A stretch of 64,000 bases of DNA, taken from assembly GCA_965208325.1 (NCBI GenBank), contig OZ242326.1, positions 1,280,001-1,344,000 on the forward strand. The letters run 5' to 3'. Shown piece after piece: positions 29,864 through 39,547 of this stretch. The stretch comes from Candidatus Poribacteria bacterium (GTDB taxonomy: Bacteria; Poribacteria; WGA-4E; PCPOR2b). The notes beneath the pieces are model-generated. The model did no database searches and was not told the origin of the DNA. It saw nothing but the letters and a program-made list of their open reading frames with translations. The position numbers and the translations under genes are program-made. Position 1 is the stretch's first letter, and each line of letters opens with the position of its first letter.

Positions 29864-31852
29864 TTGGCGAGAGAGAGAATATCGCAAGCCGAGGAGTGGC
29901 AGGCTTGGGCGCAGCGTTACGATATGGAGGGCGGGATTCGGACTTTTGAATCCGGATTAACTCTCAAAGTCTTTTTAGGGGCGCTTTTTGTAGGGCTGTT
30001 GATGATGCCGGGCTCAATCTACCTGCAATTAGTGTCGGGCCAAACGGGCGCGGGCGCCGCGCCGTGGGTAGCGGTCATTCTATTTACAGAATTGGCGCGC
30101 CGCTCATTTACGACCGCCAGACGACAGGAGTTATTCTTACTGCTTGGACTTACTGGTGCGGCGGTCGGTTCGGGGCTTCAGTACCGCGGCTTCATCTGGT
30201 ACGCCTATTTTGTGCAAACGCCTCAAGCAGAGTCCTATGAAATAGCCGACAAGATTCCTTTTTGGGTCACGCCATCACCGGATTCGATTGCTATTGCCGA
30301 AAGATCGCTTTTGCACATGGATTGGTGGACGCCTATTTGGATCTTTTTGGTCATGCGGCTGCTTGGGACAATCCGACATATCAGCGCAGGTTATTTTTTG
30401 TTCCGGCTCACTGCTGACCTAGAACGACTTCCGTATCCACTAGCGCCTATTGAAGCACAAGGAGCGACGGCTCTGGCAGAGACCACAGGCAGGGCGGAAA
30501 CGTGGCGTTGGCGTGTGTTTTCTATCGGTTCCATGGCGGGGTTACTGTGGGGTTTTCTCTATATCGGTATTCCTTCACTTACTGGCGTGATGATGTCAGA
30601 GCCGATTGAGATTCTAAAAATCCCATTTATTGATTTTACGCCTAGTATTGAAGGTTTTGCGCCGACAGGAGTGTTTGCGCTCTCCACCGATTTTGGACAA
30701 ATTCTCTTTGGGTTTGTGCTGCCATTTCCAATCGTGATGACTGAATTCATCGCGGCAATGTTTACCCAGTTTTTCCTGAATCCGCAACTCTACCAACATG
30801 AAATTTTGTATCAATGGCGTGCGGGTTTGGATGTCCGCGGCGTGGGTTTGTTCAATGGCTTGGATTTCTGGATTAGCGCCAATATGGGTAAAGCTTTCAG
30901 TTTCGCAATCGTTGGACTTGCTGCATCTGTTCCCATGCTAATGAAATTTCGGTCTGCTAGACAGGAAACTACCGGTACGCGCGGGTCGCTTCAAACACCA
31001 CCGGGACGCGGAGATTTTCCGCTCTGGCTAATGGCGGGATTGTGGCTTATCGGCATGATCGGTTTTGTGTGGATGGTGCATTGGATGGTACCGAATTTTC
31101 CGATGAAATTTTTGCTCGGCTTTGCTTTTATATACACCCCGCTAAATTCCTACGTCACTGCGCGTACATTTGGGGTATTGGGGCGGGATCTCTTTGAAAT
31201 CCCCTATATCCACGAGACTACCTTTATCTTGAGCCGCTACGAGGAAATCGACATTTGGTTCGTTGAATTACCAAATGAGGACTACGGCCGCGGCACACAA
31301 GGTTGGCGTGTGTGCGAACTGACGGGAACTACGTTTACAAGTAACATTGCAGCCCATCTATTGATTATGCCGATCCTACTAATTTCTGGAATTCTGGTAT
31401 GGCATTTCATTTGGAAAATTGCGCCAATTCCTTCAGCGCAATATCCTTTCGCTCAAACTTGGTGGCCAATTTACGCAACCAACGAATGTCTGTGGAAGAC
31501 CTCACTTCGAGATGGAAGCAGTCAGATGTTGCAAGCCATCAGAGGCGACTACGTTGCGACCGGATTGACCGGCTCGCTTGCTATCTACGGCCTCCTCTGG
31601 TTAGCAAAGATGCCTAGTATGTGGTTTTACGGCATCGTGGGCGGTATCGGCGCCGACCCAGGGATGATGATTCCACGGCTAATCGGGGCAATAATAGGCC
31701 GCTTTTATATGATCAAGCGATTCGGGTTGAAACGGTGGTTTATGTTTAATCCAGTTTTGGCAGCCGGTTTTACCTGCGGTGTTGGCCTTATTGGAATGGG
31801 AACGGTGGCTATCGCATTGGTTTCCAAAGCAGTCATTGTTAAACCGTTCTGA
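29864..31852 (+). CDS. OPT/YSL-like polytopic membrane protein (putative peptide transporter)
   Basis: SD AAGGAG with TTG start; many TM segments; MMPGSIYL, ILFTELARRS, ERLPYPLAP, IPSAQYP. Confidence 0.75.
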   Translation: MARERISQAEEWQAWAQRYDMEGGIRTFESGLTLKVFLGALFVGLLMMPGSIYLQLVSGQTGAGAAPWVAVILFTELARRSFTTARRQELFLLLGLTGAAVGSGLQYRGFIWYAYFVQTPQAESYEIADKIPFWVTPSPDSIAIAERSLLHMDWWTPIWIFLVMRLLGTIRHISAGYFLFRLTADLERLPYPLAPIEAQGATALAETTGRAETWRWRVFSIGSMAGLLWGFLYIGIPSLTGVMMSEPIEILKIPFIDFTPSIEGFAPTGVFALSTDFGQILFGFVLPFPIVMTEFIAAMFTQFFLNPQLYQHEILYQWRAGLDVRGVGLFNGLDFWISANMGKAFSFAIVGLAASVPMLMKFRSARQETTGTRGSLQTPPGRGDFPLWLMAGLWLIGMIGFVWMVHWMVPNFPMKFLLGFAFIYTPLNSYVTARTFGVLGRDLFEIPYIHETTFILSRYEEIDIWFVELPNEDYGRGTQGWRVCELTGTTFTSNIAAHLLIMPILLISGILVWHFIWKIAPIPSAQYPFAQTWWPIYATNECLWKTSLRDGSSQMLQAIRGDYVATGLTGSLAIYGLLWLAKMPSMWFYGIVGGIGADPGMMIPRLIGAIIGRFYMIKRFGLKRWFMFNPVLAAGFTCGVGLIGMGTVAIALVSKAVIVKPF

Positions 31853-31965
31853 TGGGCGGAGACTGCGTGAGTAGACAGGACAGGTGTGCGGATTAACATT
31901 TTTTAACTAATCCACGGGCAATGTAGGTATGTCAGGCGGGGATTTCACGCCGCGCGTATGACGGT

Positions 31966-32898
31966 ATGGAATGGACAAATTTTGGTTGGGCGGGTATCAC
32001 TTTAGAGATTCCAGCGAACTGGGAGTTGAGTGGATTATCTGGTGACGAGAAAAAAGGGTACTTGCGGTTAGACGATGAAACGACGCCGCGTCTAGAGTTA
32101 AAGTGGTCTGAATCGAAGCAGAAGAAACCGGATCTGCATCGCGTCCTAGACGAATATTTCAAACTAATCCGCAAGAATTTTAGGCGTACAGAGGCTAAAC
32201 TTCATATCCAGCGGAATGTCAATCTCATCAAAGATGAATCCTTCCTTGACGGTAAAGAGGCAGTGTTCTTTAGTTGGAAGGGAAGTTACCGAGCAAATGG
32301 TATAATCTGCCACTGCCACACGTGCAAACGAATCACAATTGTCCAGGTAATGGGACACCTAAAGGAAAATCTTCGCACCACATCCGTACGTATCTTGAGT
32401 TCGCTTCACGATCATCCGGCTGGACCGACGCCCCTGTGGACCGCATACCAACTCAACGTTGAAGTGCCACGCCGATACCGTCTCGAAAAACATCAGTTCC
32501 TGTCCGGATATCTATTAATGTCTTTCGTTGATGGCAGCCGCAAACTTTCAATTGAAAGATATGGGCTAGCGGATATTACTCTCAAAGAGAGCGATTTGGA
32601 GTCTTGGTTTCGAGCCAAGTATACCAAGGCTATTCGAGGATATGGCTTCGAAATGGAATCTATACAATCCGACGATGGAGATGAGAGGTTTAGGTGCATT
32701 GGTGAACGTACACGTCTGACCGATCACATACCCTTTGCACCTGTATTGATTATTGACAAAATATTGCGGCGGCAAACCTTTGCCGCTCACATTCGGCATT
32801 GCTACAAGTCCAATCGCATCTATGTTTTACAAGCGGTCGCCAAGCGCGATGCAGCTAAGACGGTGGAGGGGGTTGCAGCAAGCATTCGATGTCACTAG
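31966..32898 (+). CDS. Cytoplasmic hypothetical protein with an internal duplication
   Basis: 310-aa ORF in the operon; two similar halves (W..+.+E+P..W/Y.L....GYL ... HC...R+.++Q). Confidence 0.75.
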   Translation: MEWTNFGWAGITLEIPANWELSGLSGDEKKGYLRLDDETTPRLELKWSESKQKKPDLHRVLDEYFKLIRKNFRRTEAKLHIQRNVNLIKDESFLDGKEAVFFSWKGSYRANGIICHCHTCKRITIVQVMGHLKENLRTTSVRILSSLHDHPAGPTPLWTAYQLNVEVPRRYRLEKHQFLSGYLLMSFVDGSRKLSIERYGLADITLKESDLESWFRAKYTKAIRGYGFEMESIQSDDGDERFRCIGERTRLTDHIPFAPVLIIDKILRRQTFAAHIRHCYKSNRIYVLQAVAKRDAAKTVEGVAASIRCH

Positions 32899-32917
32899 AG
32901 AATAGTATTGAACGCAA

Positions 32918-33337
32918 ATGATTAATACCATTCTTTACAAACTCAGATTAAAAAAACGTCCAGATTCGGAATTTGACCGAGAGCGTATCTTAAACGCATT
33001 ACCGCTTCGAAACCAGTTAATCAAATGGGAAGTTGATGACAAAGAGGAGGTTTCACTTGTTATTCCCCAGCAACAGAAACTATGGATTCGGATAGCTTCC
33101 AAGATTTTTTCCTTGCCTAACAAACGTGTAATTGTTTTGGATGATGTCGGGTCATTTGTATGGCGTCTATGCGATGGGAATAACTCGATTAGCCAAATTG
33201 CCAAACACCTTAGTGCACAATACCGCATGACACGGAAAGAAGCGGAAACGTCGCTGTTCACGTTTATGCGGCAGTTGGGCAAACGAAATATTATTGGATT
33301 TGCCGTTTCCAAAAAAGCAAAAGGAGGGGAGAAATAG
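32918..33337 (+). CDS. PqqD/RiPP-recognition-element-like protein
   Basis: IVLDDVGSFVWRLCDGNNSISQIA..L...Y and F+RQLGKRNII, the winged-helix PqqD signature. Confidence 0.82.
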   Translation: MINTILYKLRLKKRPDSEFDRERILNALPLRNQLIKWEVDDKEEVSLVIPQQQKLWIRIASKIFSLPNKRVIVLDDVGSFVWRLCDGNNSISQIAKHLSAQYRMTRKEAETSLFTFMRQLGKRNIIGFAVSKKAKGGEK

Positions 33338-34153
33338 ATGGCAGAAGCCCAAGCAATAGATGCAAATAGTGGTGATGTTCCTGCCGAAACTACTGAGCGA
33401 GCAACACGGCAGTTGCCGAAGGAAAACACCGTGCGCGTCAGGAACTTAATTAAAAGATATGAGATGGGTACGAGTATCGTCGGTGCACTACAAGGCGTTA
33501 ATTTCGAAATTCGCCGAGGCGAATACATATCCATTATTGGCCCCTCTGGTAGCGGCAAATCCACGCTTTTTAACATGATTGGGGGACTGGATAAACCGAC
33601 GGAAGGCAGGGTGTATATTGATGAGGTGGATATTGCGCAGTTAGACGCATATGAGCTTGCATGGCTTCGTTGCCGTAAGATCGGTTACATATTCCAATCG
33701 TTCAATTTAATTCCTGTGATGACTGCCTTGGAAAATGTCTCCCTACCGATGATATTTGGCGGTATGACCGCCGATGACAGCCGCCAAAAAGGAGCGGACC
33801 TGCTTACGCTTGTGGGGTTAGGCGATCGCATACAGCATAAACCACTTGAACTCTCCGGTGGACAGCAACAACGCGTTGCCGTTGCGCGCTCCCTTGCCAA
33901 CGATCCGGCAATTGTGCTTGCGGACGAGCCGACAGGCAATCTTGATACCCATACGGGCCTAGAGATAATTGCCCTTCTGAAACAGTTGAACGAAGAAAAT
34001 GGTGTGACAATCATTACTGCTACTCATGATACAAAGATGCTTGACGTATCGGACCGCATTTTCTATATGGCTGACGGAAAAGTCGAGAAGATTGAGACCC
34101 GCGACGAAATTGATTTGCAGGTCGGTCGGCTGGACGGTCAGGAAGTTGGGTAG
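33338..34153 (+). CDS. ABC ATP-binding protein, LolD/MacB type
   Basis: [35 protein letters not shown]; its start abuts the stop of the PqqD gene. Confidence 0.95.
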   Translation: MAEAQAIDANSGDVPAETTERATRQLPKENTVRVRNLIKRYEMGTSIVGALQGVNFEIRRGEYISIIGPSGSGKSTLFNMIGGLDKPTEGRVYIDEVDIAQLDAYELAWLRCRKIGYIFQSFNLIPVMTALENVSLPMIFGGMTADDSRQKGADLLTLVGLGDRIQHKPLELSGGQQQRVAVARSLANDPAIVLADEPTGNLDTHTGLEIIALLKQLNEENGVTIITATHDTKMLDVSDRIFYMADGKVEKIETRDEIDLQVGRLDGQEVG

Positions 34154-34983
34154 GTTTTGTGTTATCACCAAATGTTGGTGTACAACTGCTTTAAGTAAGC
34201 TCACACAGTGTTACGGGCACAAGCATGGCGCAAATTCTGACGAAAACATTATCACAGGTTTTACTCATTGTCCATTTTTAATCCACGAACTATTTTCCCT
34301 TCCCTATTTCAATTTCACAAGCCGTTAACCATTTTTCATTTTCCCTCCAATTATTCGTCCTGATTTACCTTACACCGTAAGCGAAGAGAATTGCCTGCAA
34401 ATTGAGTTGAATACCTGCCGGTCTCACTTGAGATGTTCTTCTCTCCTTGCCGATAAATGGTATAATGAGCAAAAATCTAGTAGCATGACAAATCGCATAT
34501 CTTAGCGTATGATTGAATAATAGGCGACGAGGCGACATTTTGACGTTTGAATTGTAACATTCGGTGAAATTTCTATCGCGCTCCTTATTCGGTCGCTCGA
34601 TCCCACGATGGGGCTTTTGATGTATGGGCAATTGACGCTTCAATTTACCTTTCGCACTTCTATTCCTTTGCCTTAACAGCTTGTAAAAAAGCTGATGGCG
34701 AAAAATTTTTTGGTCACTTGGGATCCAAATCATAGGAGATTGAGGACTCTTTACACCAAAAATTTCCCCACAAAGACGGATTCGGACTTTTCAAACAAGT
34801 TGCATAAGAAGCCAGTTCTTCGACCACAAATATCGATTGCATTTCAGGCATGAATTGTGAGATAATGTCCAATAGGACTGCCTTGAATATTTTTTTTACA
34901 GGGGTTACCCGTTAGCAAGAATTCTGAATTCAATTCTGGAATATACGGCTTATACTTAGAAAACCAAATGGAGGAAATTTACG

Positions 34984-36405
34984 ATGAGAATGCACATTGG
35001 CGGAGAGTGGGTTGATAGACCACAGAAGATAGATGTGTTGAACCCTTTTGACAACTCGGTTGTCGACACGATTCCGAAATCAAACCTCAACGATGTTGAA
35101 AATGCGATTGAAACTGCAGTGCGCGGCGCAAAAGCCATGGCGAAGCTGACCGGCTACGAGCGATACGAAATTCTTCACAAAGCCTCAGAACTGATGGCGG
35201 AACGCGCGGAAGATTTGGGCCGCACGATTACATTAGAAGAAGGCAAGATTATCGGTGAAGGGCGAATGGAAGCTAGCCGTGCTGCGGAGATTATCGCACT
35301 TTCGGCTGAAGAAGCTAAACGGCTTGGCGGTGAGGTTGTTCCGCTAGAAGGTGCACCGGGTGCTCACGGCAAGTTCGGATTTACTGTGCGCGTACCTTGC
35401 GGCGTCGTTGTAGGTATAAGTCCATTCAACTTTCCGCTTCACCTTGTCTGTCATAAAGTCGGACCTGCATTGGCAGCAGGAAACGCTATTATCGTCAAAC
35501 CCGCTACTGATACACCGCTGTCGGCACTTAAGCTAGTTGAGATTCTATTGGAGGCTGGCGCACCGCCAGAAGCGATTCAGTGTTTGACAGGCCAGGGCGG
35601 AGATATTGGAGATGCGTTATGCGCTGATCGACGCGTCCGAAAGATTACCTTCACTGGCAGCCGTGATATTGGCGAACATATTTGCCACGTTGCTGGGCTA
35701 AAGCGGGTGACAATGGAGTTAGGTTCAAACTCGCCGCTCATTGTTATGCCTGATGCGGATCCGGAGAAGGTCGCCAAAGCGGCGGCGGCATCCGGATTCT
35801 CAAATGCCGGTCAGGTCTGCATCTCGACACAGCGAGTTATCGCTCACGAGAAGATTTACGGAGACTTTCTGGATGCCTTTAAAACGACAGTTGAGGAAAT
35901 CACTACTGGAGATCCGCTTGATGAGCCTACACGGATGGGACCGATGATTCGCGAGTCCGATGCAATCCGAGTGGATCAATGGGTCGAGGAAGCTCTCGGT
36001 GACGGCGCTGAACTGATTGCAGGTGGGGGAAGGAACGGTCAAATTTATAATCCCACAGTCGTCGCGAACGTTAAACCGGAGATGAAAATTTCCTGCGATG
36101 AAATTTTTGGACCGGTTGTTGGCGTAACCCCCGCAGAAAACATCGATGATGCCATTGCGTTAGCCAACGACACGAACTATGGGTTGAGTGCGGCGATTTG
36201 CACCCAAAACATTGACTGGGCGATGAAATTCGTGCGAGAGGTAGAGTCGGGTAACCTGATGGTTAATTGGGGAACCCAGTGGAGGGCCGACTTGATGCCT
36301 TATGGAGGGCTAAAAGAGAGCGGCATGGGTAAAGAGGGACCCAAGTACGCCGTGGAAGAAATGACCGAGCTGAAAATGGCAATCTTCCATTTGAGCGACG
36401 CGTAG
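34984..36405 (+). CDS. NAD(P)-dependent aldehyde dehydrogenase
   Basis: ISPFNFP, FTGS, MELGSN, AGQVCIS, EIFGP; SD GGAGG. Confidence 0.92.
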   Translation: MRMHIGGEWVDRPQKIDVLNPFDNSVVDTIPKSNLNDVENAIETAVRGAKAMAKLTGYERYEILHKASELMAERAEDLGRTITLEEGKIIGEGRMEASRAAEIIALSAEEAKRLGGEVVPLEGAPGAHGKFGFTVRVPCGVVVGISPFNFPLHLVCHKVGPALAAGNAIIVKPATDTPLSALKLVEILLEAGAPPEAIQCLTGQGGDIGDALCADRRVRKITFTGSRDIGEHICHVAGLKRVTMELGSNSPLIVMPDADPEKVAKAAAASGFSNAGQVCISTQRVIAHEKIYGDFLDAFKTTVEEITTGDPLDEPTRMGPMIRESDAIRVDQWVEEALGDGAELIAGGGRNGQIYNPTVVANVKPEMKISCDEIFGPVVGVTPAENIDDAIALANDTNYGLSAAICTQNIDWAMKFVREVESGNLMVNWGTQWRADLMPYGGLKESGMGKEGPKYAVEEMTELKMAIFHLSDA

Positions 36406-36601
36406 ACGGCTCATATACGACCTGTTTAAACCTTAAGGAACATTCCGATTTTACGCTTCCAGTCCGGGATGTGAATGATTATGCTGGTTCATCCTTTAAC
36501 TTTGAACCTGATGCTTTAGGATGTCGTTTGTGACGTATTCCAATAGCTAGGAACAATCCCGAAAAATTCCCACTTACTTCGAGATAGGTTTATTTTTTGC
36601 T

Positions 36602-38905
36602 ATGACAAAAGCGCATTTTGTCTGTACGTTATGGATTGCAATTTTGTGCACTGCTCGCGGCGGGTTTGCCGATTTTCTGGTTCTCGGGGATACCGTCTTA
36701 AAAGAGTCCATCGTTACAGTGGCGGATAGCTTACCCGCGCAACCGCCGACATTCGAAATACGACGCTCATTGCACACAAATCTTTCCGCGCCGTCCAATT
36801 TCGTCGCACTACCCGCGGTCTCCGACGAAACCCAATCTACGACTAGAACTGAAACGTTAGATGAGTCGCGCAAAGAAAAATTGCCCGGTACGACCCTATC
36901 TCCTAAATCCAAATCAACACTCCCTTATGGTTTTATTTCAAATTCAGATGAAAAGCAGATTGCGAAGTTAGTTTCCAATGCCGCTTCCATACCCGGCTAT
37001 CCCGATGCCAATGCGGTCGTCCTATGGGAAGCAGAGATATTGGAAATCTGTGACGATGCGAGTTCTGTTTACTCCACACGCCGCGTTGTAAAGATTCACA
37101 ACGAGGGAGGATTCAAATTCGGCGGGATTAGTATCCCCTATACGCGCGGAAATGACAATATCACCATTCATCATGCACGAAGCATAACGCCCGACGGCCA
37201 GGTGACTGAACTGGATCAGCGCAAAATTGTTAAAGATATTCCTCCGCCAAGTGCAGTCGAACGCGGGTTGTTTGTTGACGCTCGGTTAATGCACTTCACA
37301 ATTCCCGAATTGTCCAATGGCTGCGTCATTGACTATGCTTATTCATCCAAAACCTTAGGCCACATCATGCAAGGCGAATTCTGGCGCCAGATTTATTACC
37401 AAACATCCGCACCGGTACAGTATTTCCGCTTCACAGTGAATCTGCCCAAAAATAAACCGTTCTATTACCAGACTAGCGGCCCGTTAATTGAACCGGTGAT
37501 TACGGAAGGCAACTATACGCGCACTTTCACATTTGAAGTGCGCGATGTGCCTGCGTTACGTCGCGAGGAATTCATGCCAGCCATCGAAGACGTCGCATAC
37601 AATATCAGCATCTCATCGATCGAATCGTGGGAGGAATTGGTCAAATGGTATGCGTCGCTCATCCAGGATCAAGATTTAATCTCGCCAGAAATTCAGGCGA
37701 CCACAAAAGCACTGCTAAAGGGGGCTTGGACTCGAAAGGAAAAGATTAAGCGGCTTTACGAATATGTGACCGCGAACATCAATTACGTTGGAATCGAACT
37801 TGGGATTTGGGCGATTAAACCCCATCCGGCGCCCATGATTCTCAAAGAAAAATATGGCGATTGCAAAGACAAAACGACATTGCTTAGTACTATGCTGGCT
37901 GCTACAGGGATTAGGTCGTATCCAGCGTTGATTTCAGCTGGCGCCTCTCGCAGTATCGTGCGAGAGATTCCGTCGCTCGCTTACTTTAATCACATGATTC
38001 TCGCGGTTGAGGAGAAAAACGGCGCAGATTTCATCTGGTTAGACTCGACTGTGGAAACATGTGCATTTGGTGATTTCCCTGCAAGCAATCAAGACCGATG
38101 GGCACTCATTCTTAATCCCGATTACCTCATGAAAGTCCCTTCTACACAGTCACAGCGACTTGCCAAGGTAAATCAGGGCAGTTTCAAGCATAAGAAAGAA
38201 AAACATGATACGAATGAAGGGATGACTAATCGTTTATTTCGTTTTGCAAAGAGTCCAACCCCTCCGCCAGAGCAGAATTTAAAGCGTACCGTCACTCACA
38301 TTCACGTCGAAAGCGATCTCTCGGTAAAATCAACACAGGAAATCATTGTAACAGGGGATTTCAACACGACACTCCGACATAAGTTGAGACATCTTCACGC
38401 CGATGAGCGAGCGAAGTTCTTGCACGAACATATGGAACTTGACAACCGCGCCACATTAACCTCTTTTGAGATTTCTGAATTGGATGCGATGCATGAGCAA
38501 CTGAAGATTACACTAGCATGGCACTGCACGGATTACCTATTTGCCATTGGACGCCAATTTCTTCTAAAACTACCACTTGTCAAAAACCCTTACGAATCCC
38601 TTCTGGGTGAGGAGCACCGCACGTATCCAGTCGTCATCGGAAGAACACTCACCTTGGAGGACGAAGTAACCGTTAATTTAGCATCACCCTTCGTAGGAGA
38701 TTCTGTTCCAGAAAATCGAGTGTTTCACAACAGCATTGGATCCGTGGAGATAAACTACACAAAGTCCAAGCGAAAACTGTCAATGAATCAAATTCTGCGC
38801 TTGCAAAAACCGAAAGTTGAAGTCGACCAGGTGCCAGCACTGAAAGAACTCGTCAGACTCGCTTCGAACAAGGGAACGAAATATTTAGTGTTGGTGCAAC
38901 CGTAA
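36602..38905 (+). CDS. DUF3857 plus transglutaminase-like domain protein, secreted
   Basis: Signal-like N-terminus; YGDCKDK, FNHMI and WLDST (Cys-His-Asp triad). Confidence 0.82.
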   Translation: MTKAHFVCTLWIAILCTARGGFADFLVLGDTVLKESIVTVADSLPAQPPTFEIRRSLHTNLSAPSNFVALPAVSDETQSTTRTETLDESRKEKLPGTTLSPKSKSTLPYGFISNSDEKQIAKLVSNAASIPGYPDANAVVLWEAEILEICDDASSVYSTRRVVKIHNEGGFKFGGISIPYTRGNDNITIHHARSITPDGQVTELDQRKIVKDIPPPSAVERGLFVDARLMHFTIPELSNGCVIDYAYSSKTLGHIMQGEFWRQIYYQTSAPVQYFRFTVNLPKNKPFYYQTSGPLIEPVITEGNYTRTFTFEVRDVPALRREEFMPAIEDVAYNISISSIESWEELVKWYASLIQDQDLISPEIQATTKALLKGAWTRKEKIKRLYEYVTANINYVGIELGIWAIKPHPAPMILKEKYGDCKDKTTLLSTMLAATGIRSYPALISAGASRSIVREIPSLAYFNHMILAVEEKNGADFIWLDSTVETCAFGDFPASNQDRWALILNPDYLMKVPSTQSQRLAKVNQGSFKHKKEKHDTNEGMTNRLFRFAKSPTPPPEQNLKRTVTHIHVESDLSVKSTQEIIVTGDFNTTLRHKLRHLHADERAKFLHEHMELDNRATLTSFEISELDAMHEQLKITLAWHCTDYLFAIGRQFLLKLPLVKNPYESLLGEEHRTYPVVIGRTLTLEDEVTVNLASPFVGDSVPENRVFHNSIGSVEINYTKSKRKLSMNQILRLQKPKVEVDQVPALKELVRLASNKGTKYLVLVQP

Positions 38906-38944
38906 AAGCGAGAGAAAGGCATTGATTTCAATTAAAAAAACAGT

Positions 38945-39376
38945 ATGAATATTGAAGAACATGCGTGGATTCAGGCGATTGCGCTCTGGGTCAAAGCCCA
39001 TTTGATTGGGATTGTTGTTCTGTCCGCAATAACCCTGATTTTAAGTATGCTCAGCATCTTGGCCTTAGTCATTTACCTGCCGTCAGATTATTTTACCCGT
39101 GAAAAACATGTCAGCATCGTATCAAACCGATTTCTGCGGATCTTATTGCGAATACTGAAAAACATATTCGGCGTAATTGCACTGCTAATTGGATTTGTGA
39201 TGTTAATTGGTCCAGGACAAGGATTGCTCACTATCCTAGTCGGCGTAATTCTCTGCGATTTTCCTCGCAAGCGACGAGTCGAGCGCAAACTGATAGGGCG
39301 TCCGGCGTTGCTTAACGCAGCCAACAAATTTCGGGCGCGGTACAAACGTCCGCCCATTTTGTTAAATGATGAGTGA
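38945..39376 (+). CDS. PGPGW-like transmembrane protein
   Basis: LPSDYF and LKNIFG..ML.GPGQGLLT. Confidence 0.8.
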   Translation: MNIEEHAWIQAIALWVKAHLIGIVVLSAITLILSMLSILALVIYLPSDYFTREKHVSIVSNRFLRILLRILKNIFGVIALLIGFVMLIGPGQGLLTILVGVILCDFPRKRRVERKLIGRPALLNAANKFRARYKRPPILLNDE

Positions 39377-39469
39377 TACAACCTAAGCAGTCGAAATAAG
39401 CGGCCCCGCCGAGTCGTCCCCACCGCAACTTCCTTCCAACGGTTTTGGATTTAAACATCATTTTTCACC

Positions 39470-39515
39470 AAAAAAAAGCACCCTGGAAATACATCACAGT
39501 ATTTTCCTAGGGTGC
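39470..39515 (-). terminator. Intrinsic terminator downstream of fusA (between convergent genes)
   Basis: GCACCCT..AAATAC/GTATTT..AGGGTGC hairpin followed by T8 on the minus strand. Confidence 0.7.
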
Positions 39516-39547
39516 CTTCTACTGTTACTGTCTAGACTCGCTACAGC

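Noticed and set aside
31852..31896. 14-aa ORF MGGDCVSRQDRCAD overlapping the OPT stop, as a possible RRE precursor peptide
   Set aside because: Too short, no SD or leader features; compatible with chance.
32935..33576. Long antisense ORFs (e.g. 32935-33576, 60915-61544, 9102-9674, 4404-4925)
   Set aside because: They are shadows of well-supported genes on the opposite strand and carry no recognisable motifs.
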